Assembly: GCA_963767035.1 (NCBI GenBank)
Contig: CAVYBW010000001.1
Location: 2,438,547-2,502,546 of the forward strand
Direction: 5' to 3'
Source: an uncultured Chloroflexia bacterium
GTDB lineage: Bacteria > Chloroflexota > Chloroflexia > Chloroflexales > Herpetosiphonaceae
DNA: 64,000 nt
In this document: positions 41,235 to 49,823 of the stretch, in pieces
How positions within the stretch are numbered: the stretch's first letter is position 1
How the letters are laid out: each line of letters starts with the position of its first letter
Notes under the pieces: model-generated
Database searches by the model: none
What the model saw: only the letters and a program-made list of their open reading frames with translations
Told to the model about the DNA's origin: nothing
Made by a program: the position numbers and the translations under genes

Positions 41235-41266
41235 CGAGAGCAACCACGTTGGTTGCTCTCGTATTG
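41235..41266 (+). terminator. Terminator hairpin
   Basis: 'cgagagcaacc acgt tggttgctctcg'. Confidence 0.55.
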
Positions 41267-41295
41267 CAAGGCAATGGCTACGAGTGAGGTTTAAT

Positions 41296-41339
41296 ATTCC
41301 CTCACCCCAAACCCCTCGCCCACGACGCGGGCGAGGGGC
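41296..41339. repeat. Family-A palindromic repeat copy
   Basis: 'attccctcaccccaaacccctcgcccacgacgcgggcgagggg'. Confidence 0.6.
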
Positions 41340-41451
41340 GTTTGTTGATCCAGTTCTCACTGATTCGCATACGAAAAAGGTGCATGCTAATCAAGGAATG
41401 CGGACTCGATCAACCTAGTTAGCCGCTGCTCTTAACGCCTCAGAATGTTTG

Positions 41452-42378
41452 TTACCAAGTTGCTGGTGGATCGCTGGCTGGAAAACTGGTATCAACAGCT
41501 TTATCTTCGGTCTCTAGTGATTCTTCTTTATTGGTTTTGGCTTCAACCTTCATTTGATCACTGTATTGTGGGTCGTTCACAGCGGGCTTTTCGCCAACGG
41601 CATTTGACTTAACCGCAGTGCGTTCTTCCTCATCCTCGATTACTTTGCGGAAGCGCTCGAGATCTTCGGCAATCGCTTTTTGCGGATCATTGCCAAACAA
41701 CTTAGCTACGGCTTCGCCAACTGCACCTGCTGGTGGTTGATAATCGAGCTTAACCCGAACCTCGGTTTGCTCATCGCCCAATGCAGTAAATTCAACCCGA
41801 CCTTGATTGGGCAAGCTCGAATTTGGCAACGAACGCCAAGCGATATATTCATTCAATTTGGCATCGGCAATTTCAGCATCCCACGAAATGCTCAGGCCTA
41901 GCGGTGCTTTAGCTTCCCAGTGGCTGGTGCCATTTTGAAACATTTTGACGCTGTTGAGGTAGTGCATAAATTTGGGCAAGTTTTCGAAGTTGCCCCAGAA
42001 GCGGAATACCTCGGCAACTGGCTGTTCAACCGTCACCGTATGTTCGACGCTGATCGCTTTCGCTTGGTCAACGCCTGCTTGATCAGCATTGGTGTGGTTG
42101 GTAGGAATCGGAATCCGTGGCGTTGTTGGCGCGGATGGTTTGCTCCACGTCGATTCAGTGCTAGTTTCAGCGGTATTGATATTGAGTGCGCTATAAGCTG
42201 GGCAATGGCCAGTTAAGCCACGCCACAAGAGCGGTGCGCCCCCAGCAATTGCTGCCAAACTCACTGGCAAATGGCGACGCATAATACCAAACGCAACCAG
42301 TGCGCTGCCGCTTGCTACCGAAAGCAAGCGCTCAGTTTGATGCACATTTTTCTCAGTAGCCATACAGAACTCCTTCAA
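41452..42378 (-). CDS. SRPBCC (cyclase/dehydrase-fold) protein with N-terminal YgaP-like DUF2892 membrane segment and acidic C-terminal tail
   Basis: 'LLWRGLTGHCPAYSALNI' is the DUF2892 motif. The central domain has a START/Bet v1-like pattern. Confidence 0.55.
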   Translation of the reverse strand: MKEFCMATEKNVHQTERLLSVASGSALVAFGIMRRHLPVSLAAIAGGAPLLWRGLTGHCPAYSALNINTAETSTESTWSKPSAPTTPRIPIPTNHTNADQAGVDQAKAISVEHTVTVEQPVAEVFRFWGNFENLPKFMHYLNSVKMFQNGTSHWEAKAPLGLSISWDAEIADAKLNEYIAWRSLPNSSLPNQGRVEFTALGDEQTEVRVKLDYQPPAGAVGEAVAKLFGNDPQKAIAEDLERFRKVIEDEEERTAVKSNAVGEKPAVNDPQYSDQMKVEAKTNKEESLETEDKAVDTSFPASDPPATW

Positions 42379-42489
42379 CTAGGCTAATGCAAACTACTGA
42401 GTACTATCGCAAGTTACGTACCACAAAAAATGCGCTCGGAGGTTGCTAGGGTAAAAAAGGACCGAATTTAAAAACTAACCTTACTTAAG

Positions 42490-43341
42490 TTATAGAATAT
42501 TAAGAATTGTTTGGTTTGATGTACGCTGTGCAATCAGCCTTGTTATATAATCTAATTCCATTCTTGCATCAGCTTGAAGTCCAAGGCTTCTCGCAATTCC
42601 ATTAGCATCAGTGCTTAAGCGAGTCGATAGTTTCAACTTTAGTTCATTATCCAAATCTTTCTCTAGCTGATATGCATGAATATGAGTAGAGTCAGAAATA
42701 TTAACTGTTGGATGAATGTGAGAAAAGTTGAATTCACCTTGCATATAGTTTAAGAATCTATCTTGGATTACTAAAACTAGTTTTTTGTTGATATATTCAA
42801 ATGTTTGAACTTTGTGATGCATTTGCATCATGATTGTTTTAGCAGTCATTTTCCAGTTAATACCATAGGGCTTTAATAAATCAGATTCACCAAAATCAAC
42901 AGCCAGACCTAAAGATTTCAGCAATAACTGGCGAGTAGGCCAGACAGTTCCAGTTGTATCAAGTGTTTGTAATTCAATCCCAACAAAGTCGTGTACAACT
43001 TTATCTTTCATTGAAACTAAGAAATAATCAACATTACCTCCAGGAATTGAAATTTCAGGAATTAAATGTAATTCATTTCCAGGTTCATGTAAGGTTAGTA
43101 AATGAAGGCAATCAATAAATATTTGACGACGTTGAGTTAGTCGCGTAGGGCAAATAATAATTGGTTCATTTAATTTTCCGCTAAGTACAGTACATGTTCC
43201 TATTGATATATTAGGATTACTTTTACGTACTTTATAGCATTTGCGATTTAAGAATACGCATTGCTGTTGATCAACAATATCAATCCAGTTTAATCGAATA
43301 TTTTCTGTGGAATGACCATAAAGTTCAACTATATTATTCAT
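42490..43341 (-). CDS. Putative Type II restriction endonuclease, partner of the adjacent methyltransferase
   Basis: No family motif recognised. Low GC, a 4-nt start/stop overlap with the MTase, and the size (283 aa) are typical of REases. Possible PD-(D/E)xK-like 'DYFLV...VGIELQ'. Confidence 0.5.
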   Translation of the reverse strand: MNNIVELYGHSTENIRLNWIDIVDQQQCVFLNRKCYKVRKSNPNISIGTCTVLSGKLNEPIIICPTRLTQRRQIFIDCLHLLTLHEPGNELHLIPEISIPGGNVDYFLVSMKDKVVHDFVGIELQTLDTTGTVWPTRQLLLKSLGLAVDFGESDLLKPYGINWKMTAKTIMMQMHHKVQTFEYINKKLVLVIQDRFLNYMQGEFNFSHIHPTVNISDSTHIHAYQLEKDLDNELKLKLSTRLSTDANGIARSLGLQADARMELDYITRLIAQRTSNQTILNIL

Positions 43342-44429
43342 TTTATTGAATCAATCCTTTCTTGAGTCAAATTCAAATATTCAGGTGATAAATCAATGCC
43401 AATAGATTTACGCTTAAGCGTTTTAGCAACAATCAGTGTAGTGCCTGTCCCACAGAATGGATCTAGAATTATCCCATTTGGTGGACAGGTAGCAAGAATT
43501 GGGATACGACATAGATCTGTTGGGTAAGCAGCAAAATGTGTATTACGTTTTTGAGTATCTTCAGGAAGAATATCCCATACATCTGTTGGCTTGCTCCCAT
43601 TGGGATGGTAACGTAAAAAATAGAATCCTCTATCACGTAACTCTTTAGCTCTACCTGAAATCTTTTCTTTATCAGAATGAGTTGTTCGTTGTTGTCCGCG
43701 AATCACCATTCTAAAGTCAGCAATCTCACCTGATGCAATACTAGCAAGCATCTGTTGTAGCGATTGAAAAGCGATTACTTTCTCTGCATCTGTCAAAGTA
43801 GTCGATAGTTCAATTTGACGTTTGTAACGAATACCTGAAACTCCTGTAGCAGATACAATTACTCCATTAACAACCTTTGAGGAACGTGGTTTAGTACGAA
43901 TAGAATCTAAATCATAATAATATTTAGGTTGTTTGACGAAATGAAATAAATATTCATGTACATTACCTAGCCTATCCCTTGCTGTATCCATACCACTTTT
44001 AACTTTATTCCAAATGATATCATTTCGTAGAATCCATTGATTTTCATCGATCAGTGTGAGAGCAATCCTCCAAGGAATACCAAGTAAATTCTTATTATGA
44101 TATGAATCGCCCATATTAAGCCAAAAAGAACCTTTAGATTTCAATACTCTTTTACATTCACTAAATACATTCATTAAATTTTCAATAAATTCCTGATATG
44201 TGTCTTCCATACCAATTCCATCATTTTCATATTGTCTCTTCTGCCAGTATGGAGGGGATGTCATAATCATATCAATAGATTCGCTAGGTAGGTTCTTAAG
44301 AATATAAAATGCATCTCCAAGTAATAAAATTGGGTTTCTATTATCATTATCTAAATATTGAGATAAAATATTTTTTTCAGTATATATATTTAATTTTGAT
44401 CTACCATAAACTGTAGCCATAAGAAACAC
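43338..44429 (-). CDS. Beta-class DNA methyltransferase (probably N4-cytosine, SPPY type)
   Basis: 'IMTSPPYW' is motif IV and 'LDPFCGTGTTLIVA' is motif I. Low GC. Confidence 0.8.
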   Translation of the reverse strand: MFLMATVYGRSKLNIYTEKNILSQYLDNDNRNPILLLGDAFYILKNLPSESIDMIMTSPPYWQKRQYENDGIGMEDTYQEFIENLMNVFSECKRVLKSKGSFWLNMGDSYHNKNLLGIPWRIALTLIDENQWILRNDIIWNKVKSGMDTARDRLGNVHEYLFHFVKQPKYYYDLDSIRTKPRSSKVVNGVIVSATGVSGIRYKRQIELSTTLTDAEKVIAFQSLQQMLASIASGEIADFRMVIRGQQRTTHSDKEKISGRAKELRDRGFYFLRYHPNGSKPTDVWDILPEDTQKRNTHFAAYPTDLCRIPILATCPPNGIILDPFCGTGTTLIVAKTLKRKSIGIDLSPEYLNLTQERIDSIK

Positions 44430-44494
44430 CTCTAAATTAAGTGATGCAACTATATTAATGTTGCATCACTGTACATGATATTCTATAAGATTAA

Positions 44495-44995
44495 TTAATC
44501 AATTTGGCTCAATTGATTATCTTGCCATTTGATATGCCCGCGCAGCAGCAATGAGGCCGAGCGTAACTTGTAGATCATATCGTTGATAAAATTGCGCATA
44601 ATTCGATAGCCAATTGCAGTGTTTGTTTCGCAGAGCGCCGAAAGCTCAGGCCCGTTGATCACTAATAACGTGGTTGGGTTCATACTGGCAACCGCTGTGG
44701 CCGAGCGACTGCCGCCGCCAAGCATGGCAATTTCGCCAAAAGCTTGACCTTCGTAGGCAGTATTAATTGTTGATAAGCGACTTTGGCCGTCGGAGCCACG
44801 GGTTTGAACTTGAATTTCAACCGCGCCATCGTGAACAACATACAAATCATCGCCATCACTATCCTCTCGGAAGATAATTTGGCCTTTTTTGGCCTTGGCA
44901 ATTTTGCAAAGCTGGGCAATCTGGCTAAGCTCAAGATCGCTTAGCCCAGCAAAAATATCGACGCGACGTAACACTGCAATGACACTATTGTTCAT
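44495..44995 (-). CDS. Cyclic-nucleotide-binding (cNMP/CAP-effector) domain protein, no DNA-binding domain
   Basis: 'FGEIAMLGGGSRSATAVA' is the cNMP-binding signature. The start overlaps the upstream HK stop by 11 nt. Confidence 0.65.
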   Translation of the reverse strand: MNNSVIAVLRRVDIFAGLSDLELSQIAQLCKIAKAKKGQIIFREDSDGDDLYVVHDGAVEIQVQTRGSDGQSRLSTINTAYEGQAFGEIAMLGGGSRSATAVASMNPTTLLVINGPELSALCETNTAIGYRIMRNFINDMIYKLRSASLLLRGHIKWQDNQLSQID

Positions 44996-47252
44996 CGTTC
45001 CTCCGGCCTGGTTGGGGCGAGAATAAAAAGGCATCAAGATCGAGGGTGGTTTGGGTGGTGTTGGTTTCGTGTTTCTCAGGGATAAAGCGCGGGATGGCGA
45101 TGCAGAAACGTGCGCCGCCGCTCGGAGCGCTATCAACCCAAATCCGCCCATTGTGCAGTGTAATAATTTCGCGACATAAATACAAGCCCAAACCTAAGCC
45201 TTCGGTGCTTGATCCGGTTCGGCGAATCCCCGGCACTCTGTAGTAGCGTTCGAATAAACGTTCGCGTTGGCCTTGGGGAATCCCAGGCCCTTGATCGTCA
45301 ACCTGAACATAGCCAAAATGTTCATCACTAAACACTTGCACCCAAATTTGGGTTTGCTGTGGGCTATAACGAATCGCGTTGGTCAAAAAGTTGGTAGCAA
45401 CTTGGCGCAATTTCAGCGAATCGCCATAGACTACGCTGGAGTTGAGTTGCTCAAAGTGCAGGGTATGATGGTTGGCAGTGTGGCGGGCATGCATCACCAC
45501 CGAATCGAGCAAAATGCCCAAATCAACAGCGTCAAGCTGGATTGTGAAACGCTCAGCATCAATTCGCGATACATCAAGCAGATTATCGACCAGTTGCACC
45601 ATAATATTAACTTGCTGGCTCAAGGTGATAAAGCCGCGCAAATCACGGCCTTCAGTCGCTTGCTTCAATTCACGCCGCAGCAGCAAATCGCTATAGCCTT
45701 TGATTGCCGCCAGTGGCGAGCGCAATTCGTGGGCTGCAACCGCCAAAAATTCATCCTTGGCTTCTTCCAAACGCCGTTGCTCGGTAATATCGCGGAATAC
45801 GATCACCGCCCCATCAAACGAGGTATCACCACTATCAATTAATACTGAACGGCGCAAGGGTGCACCGCTAAAACTCAATACAACATCTTGATCTTGGCTC
45901 CCAGGCACGATTAAGCGATAATCGCGAAAAACCTCGCCAGCCAAGGCACGGGCAAACGGCAGCATGTCGGCTTCGACAAAACTACCATCAAGATAGCGCG
46001 CCCCCGATTCGCTGCTGGTAGCAAGGGTTGGCAAAATTGAAATTTCAACTAAGCCGGCAGCAGTTTCGTTGGCCAGAATTAACTCGCCGATACCATTACA
46101 AATTGCCACGCCATCAGCAATCGATTCGATCACCGTGCCAAGCCGTTGGCGTTCGCGTTGGCTTTCTTCATATAAGCGGGTATTGGCAATCGCGATGCCA
46201 ATTTGCGAACCCATCGAGACCAACGAAGGCCAATCGATATTATTGGATAGCGTTTGGTAATTGCCATACAACACCAAAACACCCACGATCGTGCCACCCG
46301 CTAAGAGTGGCATCGCCGCCCGCCCCATAATATCCTCGCCCAAATCGCTGGTACTGATAACTGGGCGCAATGTTGGCTGGCCATAGTAGACCACATCTTC
46401 TAAGACGCTATTGGCTTGGCTCGAAGCAAGCAGCAGCGCTTCGCGCGGTGGCAGTTGGTGTTGGGCAGCTAAAGTGATGCTACGGCCACCAGGCGAGGCT
46501 AAACAAATTGCCCCACCATTGGCGCTGACCACCTCAATTACCACCAACAAAGCCACATTTAAAAGGTCGGGCAAATCGGATGATGTGCTAATGGCCGTAA
46601 CGACCGCATCGAGCGCAGCCAAACGCCGGCGTTGACCACGGGCATCGGCCTGTTGGCGCACCAACTGCAACAACGAGCCTAGCTGATCAAGGGTTGGTTG
46701 CAACCAACCGGCTGAAGTGGCATTCAGGCTTGGTTTGCTGCTAAAAAACTCAATCACCCCGCTAGGTCGGCCATTGCCGCCAAGCGTAAAGCCCGTTACT
46801 TGAAATGAAATTGGCAGGAGCGCCCGCCAACGATTGAAAAGCGCCTCGCGCCGCCGACCCAAAGCCCCAAACATGCCGCGATACTCATCAGCATTGCGAG
46901 CGGTGATCGCATGGCCTTCGCTAACGACGCGTCCAGCCAGCGCCTCGCCGCTGCGCACTTGCAAAGCACTTAATGCTTCTCTATCGTCGGCGCTAAAATC
47001 CTCGTGGCTGCCATTGTTGAAGTGGCTTAGCAGGTAACGATGTGAAGTAGAACTATAAAACCACACTGCAATGGCATCAACAGCTAAAACTTGGCGCAAT
47101 TGGGCACTGGCTGCGGTAATCAAGCGAGCCGGATCATCAACATTCATAATATCGTTCATGATCCGTGAGAGTGCGAGAAGCCGCGTTTGAATCCGTTTGC
47201 TGCGCAACGTTTGGAGCTGTTGCTGGCCGCGTTGCCGTGATCGTTCTGTCAT
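44985..47252 (-). CDS. Cytoplasmic multi-GAF/PAS sensor histidine kinase
   Basis: 'AAHELRSPLAAIKGY' is the H-box and 'DDQGPGIP...GLGLGLYLCREI' is HATPase_c. Confidence 0.8.
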   Translation of the reverse strand: MTERSRQRGQQQLQTLRSKRIQTRLLALSRIMNDIMNVDDPARLITAASAQLRQVLAVDAIAVWFYSSTSHRYLLSHFNNGSHEDFSADDREALSALQVRSGEALAGRVVSEGHAITARNADEYRGMFGALGRRREALFNRWRALLPISFQVTGFTLGGNGRPSGVIEFFSSKPSLNATSAGWLQPTLDQLGSLLQLVRQQADARGQRRRLAALDAVVTAISTSSDLPDLLNVALLVVIEVVSANGGAICLASPGGRSITLAAQHQLPPREALLLASSQANSVLEDVVYYGQPTLRPVISTSDLGEDIMGRAAMPLLAGGTIVGVLVLYGNYQTLSNNIDWPSLVSMGSQIGIAIANTRLYEESQRERQRLGTVIESIADGVAICNGIGELILANETAAGLVEISILPTLATSSESGARYLDGSFVEADMLPFARALAGEVFRDYRLIVPGSQDQDVVLSFSGAPLRRSVLIDSGDTSFDGAVIVFRDITEQRRLEEAKDEFLAVAAHELRSPLAAIKGYSDLLLRRELKQATEGRDLRGFITLSQQVNIMVQLVDNLLDVSRIDAERFTIQLDAVDLGILLDSVVMHARHTANHHTLHFEQLNSSVVYGDSLKLRQVATNFLTNAIRYSPQQTQIWVQVFSDEHFGYVQVDDQGPGIPQGQRERLFERYYRVPGIRRTGSSTEGLGLGLYLCREIITLHNGRIWVDSAPSGGARFCIAIPRFIPEKHETNTTQTTLDLDAFLFSPQPGRRNDEQ

Positions 47253-48202
47253 CGCCGCTGTTCCTCATCCCACGCAATGTTCCACGCCACTGCTCGGCGT
47301 AAGCCTTCGGCTAAAGCAACTTGGGGCGTGTAACCCAAGAGTTGGCGCGCTCGCCCGATGTTGGCCACATAGTAAGTGACTTCACCAGCGAGTTTTGACG
47401 GTTGCACATTAATCGTTGCTTCAATTTGCAAGGCCTCGGCGATCAATTCGGCCATACGAACCAGGGTATTGCCTTCGCCATAGGCTAAATTAAAGGTCTG
47501 ATTGGCAACGTGGCCACTGACAATTCGCTCGATGCCACGCACAATTCCATCGACACAATCATCGACGTAGGTGAAATCGAGGGTTTTTTCACGCCCAAAG
47601 ACGGTCACAGGTTGGCCGTCGCGGATGCGGCGAATGAACAGGGGAATTACCCGTTCCATACGCTCGATGTCGTTATCGTAGCGCCCATAGACATTCGAAA
47701 ATCGAAAGACTAAATAGGGCAGATTGTAACATCGGGCATAGGAATAGATAAATGCTTCGCCGCTGATTTTTGAAGCCGAATACGGGCTTTCGGTATACAC
47801 AAAGTCGGCTTGGGCTTCTTCGGTTAAGTAGCGATGAATATCACCATAGACTTCACGTGATGAGCTAAAAATGATTGGCACTTGTTGATGGCGACAGTAT
47901 TCCAATACGTTGTAGGTGGTCATCACGTTTTCCAACGCTCGGTGGGGATAGGTGACCAGTTCATGGACTTTGGCATTGGCCGCCAAGTGTACTACGACAT
48001 CGGGTTTAGGATAGGGCACGCCGCCGATGCCGCCTTCGAAATCGCGGTAGGGTGCGCCAAGATCCTGAATCACATACTCAAAGGCTTTGGTCCACGTGTT
48101 GACTCGTTGATCAACTCCAAACACTTCATGGCCATCTGCGAGAAGGCGTAGCGCCAAATTGGTGCCAATCTGCCCACTGGAACCTGTGATCAAAACCAAC
48201 AC
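47249..48202 (-). CDS. NAD-dependent epimerase/dehydratase (SDR, UDP-sugar epimerase-like)
   Basis: 'VLITGSSGQIGTNL' is the Rossmann motif. A YxxxK catalytic motif is present. GTG start behind 'aaggag'. The stop overlaps the HK start. Confidence 0.75.
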   Translation of the reverse strand: MLVLITGSSGQIGTNLALRLLADGHEVFGVDQRVNTWTKAFEYVIQDLGAPYRDFEGGIGGVPYPKPDVVVHLAANAKVHELVTYPHRALENVMTTYNVLEYCRHQQVPIIFSSSREVYGDIHRYLTEEAQADFVYTESPYSASKISGEAFIYSYARCYNLPYLVFRFSNVYGRYDNDIERMERVIPLFIRRIRDGQPVTVFGREKTLDFTYVDDCVDGIVRGIERIVSGHVANQTFNLAYGEGNTLVRMAELIAEALQIEATINVQPSKLAGEVTYYVANIGRARQLLGYTPQVALAEGLRRAVAWNIAWDEEQRR

Positions 48203-48309
48203 GGGAGACTCCTTGCTTAGTATGGTGTGGCTGCGATTATAGCATGCGGATTTGGCGGTGTGAAAGCTGCAAGCCCAATCCATGCCGCAAGTGAGCTTGC
48301 AGCACGTTT

Positions 48310-48555
48310 CTAGGCTTGTTGGGCGAGATAGGCAGCGATTAATGTTTCAACTTCGCCGGCCTCGGCATGACGTTCGGTCTGAAGTTTGCTATAGAGCAGC
48401 TGCCCATTAACTACGACTTCAAAACAACCACCCTTCGCGGGAATCAGGCTCAGTTGCGCAATCGCTTGGCGATGAATGTCCAACAGTTGGGCTGCCAAAC
48501 TGACAGCACGCGGGGTGTAGTTTCAATCCATGCAAAATGTAATTGTGATCTGCAT
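48310..48555 (-). CDS. selW: SelW/Rdx-family selenoprotein with in-frame TGA (Sec) at codon 11. ORF tools report only 48310..48498.
   Basis: ATG at 48555 sits 7 nt after 'aggagg'. Translation is 'MQITITFCMDU NYTPRAVSLAAQLL...GGCFEVVVNGQLLYSKLQTERHAEAGEVETLIAAYL'. This parallels human SelW ('VVYCGAUGY...GFFEVMVAGKLIHSK'). TGA is at 48523-48525. A hairpin 'gctgtc agttt ggcagc' lies 15 nt 3' of the TGA. Confidence 0.6.
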
Positions 48556-48678
48556 AGCGAGCCTCCTATATCAATTAACCATAGGTTTATTATAGCTCTA
48601 TCTCTCAGCCCATAAGCGCATAGAACAGAGAGCATAGAGCATAGTAGATTAGGCTATGGTCTATTGGCAGGTTTGACC

Positions 48679-49006
48679 TCTCACCTCCTAGCCTGCTCTC
48701 CCTTCAAGGATAGGTTTTAACAAAGGGCTAGTGGATGGTCATATTAATAATCCCCTCACCCCCTATCCCCCGCTCCCACTGAACGCGGGCGAGGGCGAAC
48801 CGTGCCTCCATTTCCCATGGATCTGCGAAAACCACCATATGAAGCCCCAGCCCCGAGCCACGGGAGCGTGGCTGGGGTCAGGGCATCTTAACCGACTACC
48901 CTTGAACGCGGGCGAGGGGGAACCGTGCCTCCATTTCCCATGGATCTGCGAAAACCACCATATGAAGCCCCAGCCCTGTGGCGCGGGGCTGGGGGTGAGG
49001 GAATGC
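48679..49006. repeat. Family-A repeat cluster containing a ~110-bp direct duplication
   Basis: 'gaacgcgggcgaggg(c/g)gaaccgtgcctccatttcccatggatctgcgaaaaccaccatatgaagccccagccc' occurs at 48781-48868 and again at 48904-48991. The cluster ends in 'ggggctgggggtgagggaatgc'. Confidence 0.65.
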
Positions 49007-49230
49007 AAAAGAAATTTTTGGTTCTTCTGCCACGTCTTGGGGCTAAATACAACAGAGAACAGATGGGATTAGGCTCTGAGTTGTTGGCTTTGATTCTTGA
49101 GGTTACGAACAAATGACCGATAGCCATAAGCCAATAGCCTCAAGTCATTCGTGGTTAATGACCCTTGTAATCGTTTTGCTTTAACATACACTCTCAATAC
49201 AGCATTTGATTCAGTTAAATGGAGCAACGC

Positions 49231-49726
49231 TATGTCAAGTCAACTTTGGTGGATTATTGTAGCAGTCTTGATAGGGTTGGCAATTTGGGTTTGGAGCATG
49301 CGCTCCGAACGGCCAACCAGCAGCATCAATCTCAATCAACAACCGCTTAATCACAAGCCAACCCCAACCTTCGATCCAGCGATGATCAATCAATTCAGAT
49401 CAAAATCCGATCCTAGCACGATCGATCAAGCCCAAATTCAAGCGTTATTATTGCAAGGCAAAAAGATCGAGGCAATTAAGCAGGTGCGCCAACAGACAAA
49501 CCTTGGGCTAAAAGAAGCCAAAGATTATGTCGATCAGATTGAGCATGGTACAAGTCCGATCAGCCCACATCTGGCGATACCACAAGCGCACGCATTACCA
49601 GAAGATCTGCTGCGCGAAGCCCAAATGGTTGCCAACCAAGGCAACAAGATTAAAGCGATTAAACTGGTGCGACAGGCCACCAATTTGAGTTTGAAAGAAG
49701 CCAAAGATATGGTTGATAGTTGGTAA
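49231..49726 (+). CDS. Membrane-anchored protein with two ribosomal-L7/L12-CTD-like repeats
   Basis: TM helix 'WWIIVAVLIGLAIWVW'. The repeats 'KKIEAIKQVRQQTNLGLKEAKDYVD' and 'NKIKAIKLVRQATNLSLKEAKDMVD' resemble L12 C-terminal 'KIAVIKVVREATGLGLKEAKDLV'. Confidence 0.5.
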
Positions 49727-49823
49727 GCACAAAACCACGCTGGGCCAGAATCCAGCGTGGTTTTAAGGCATGGTTGCGTCAAGGCGACGCGAAGAGGTTC
49801 GACAAGCGAGGCTTGTCCGCTAA

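Noticed and set aside
44997-45151. N-terminal 52-aa extension of the cNMP-binding protein ORF
   Set aside because: The extension overlaps the HATPase C-terminus of the upstream kinase in another frame. The internal ATG at 44995 gives a normal cNMP-domain start.
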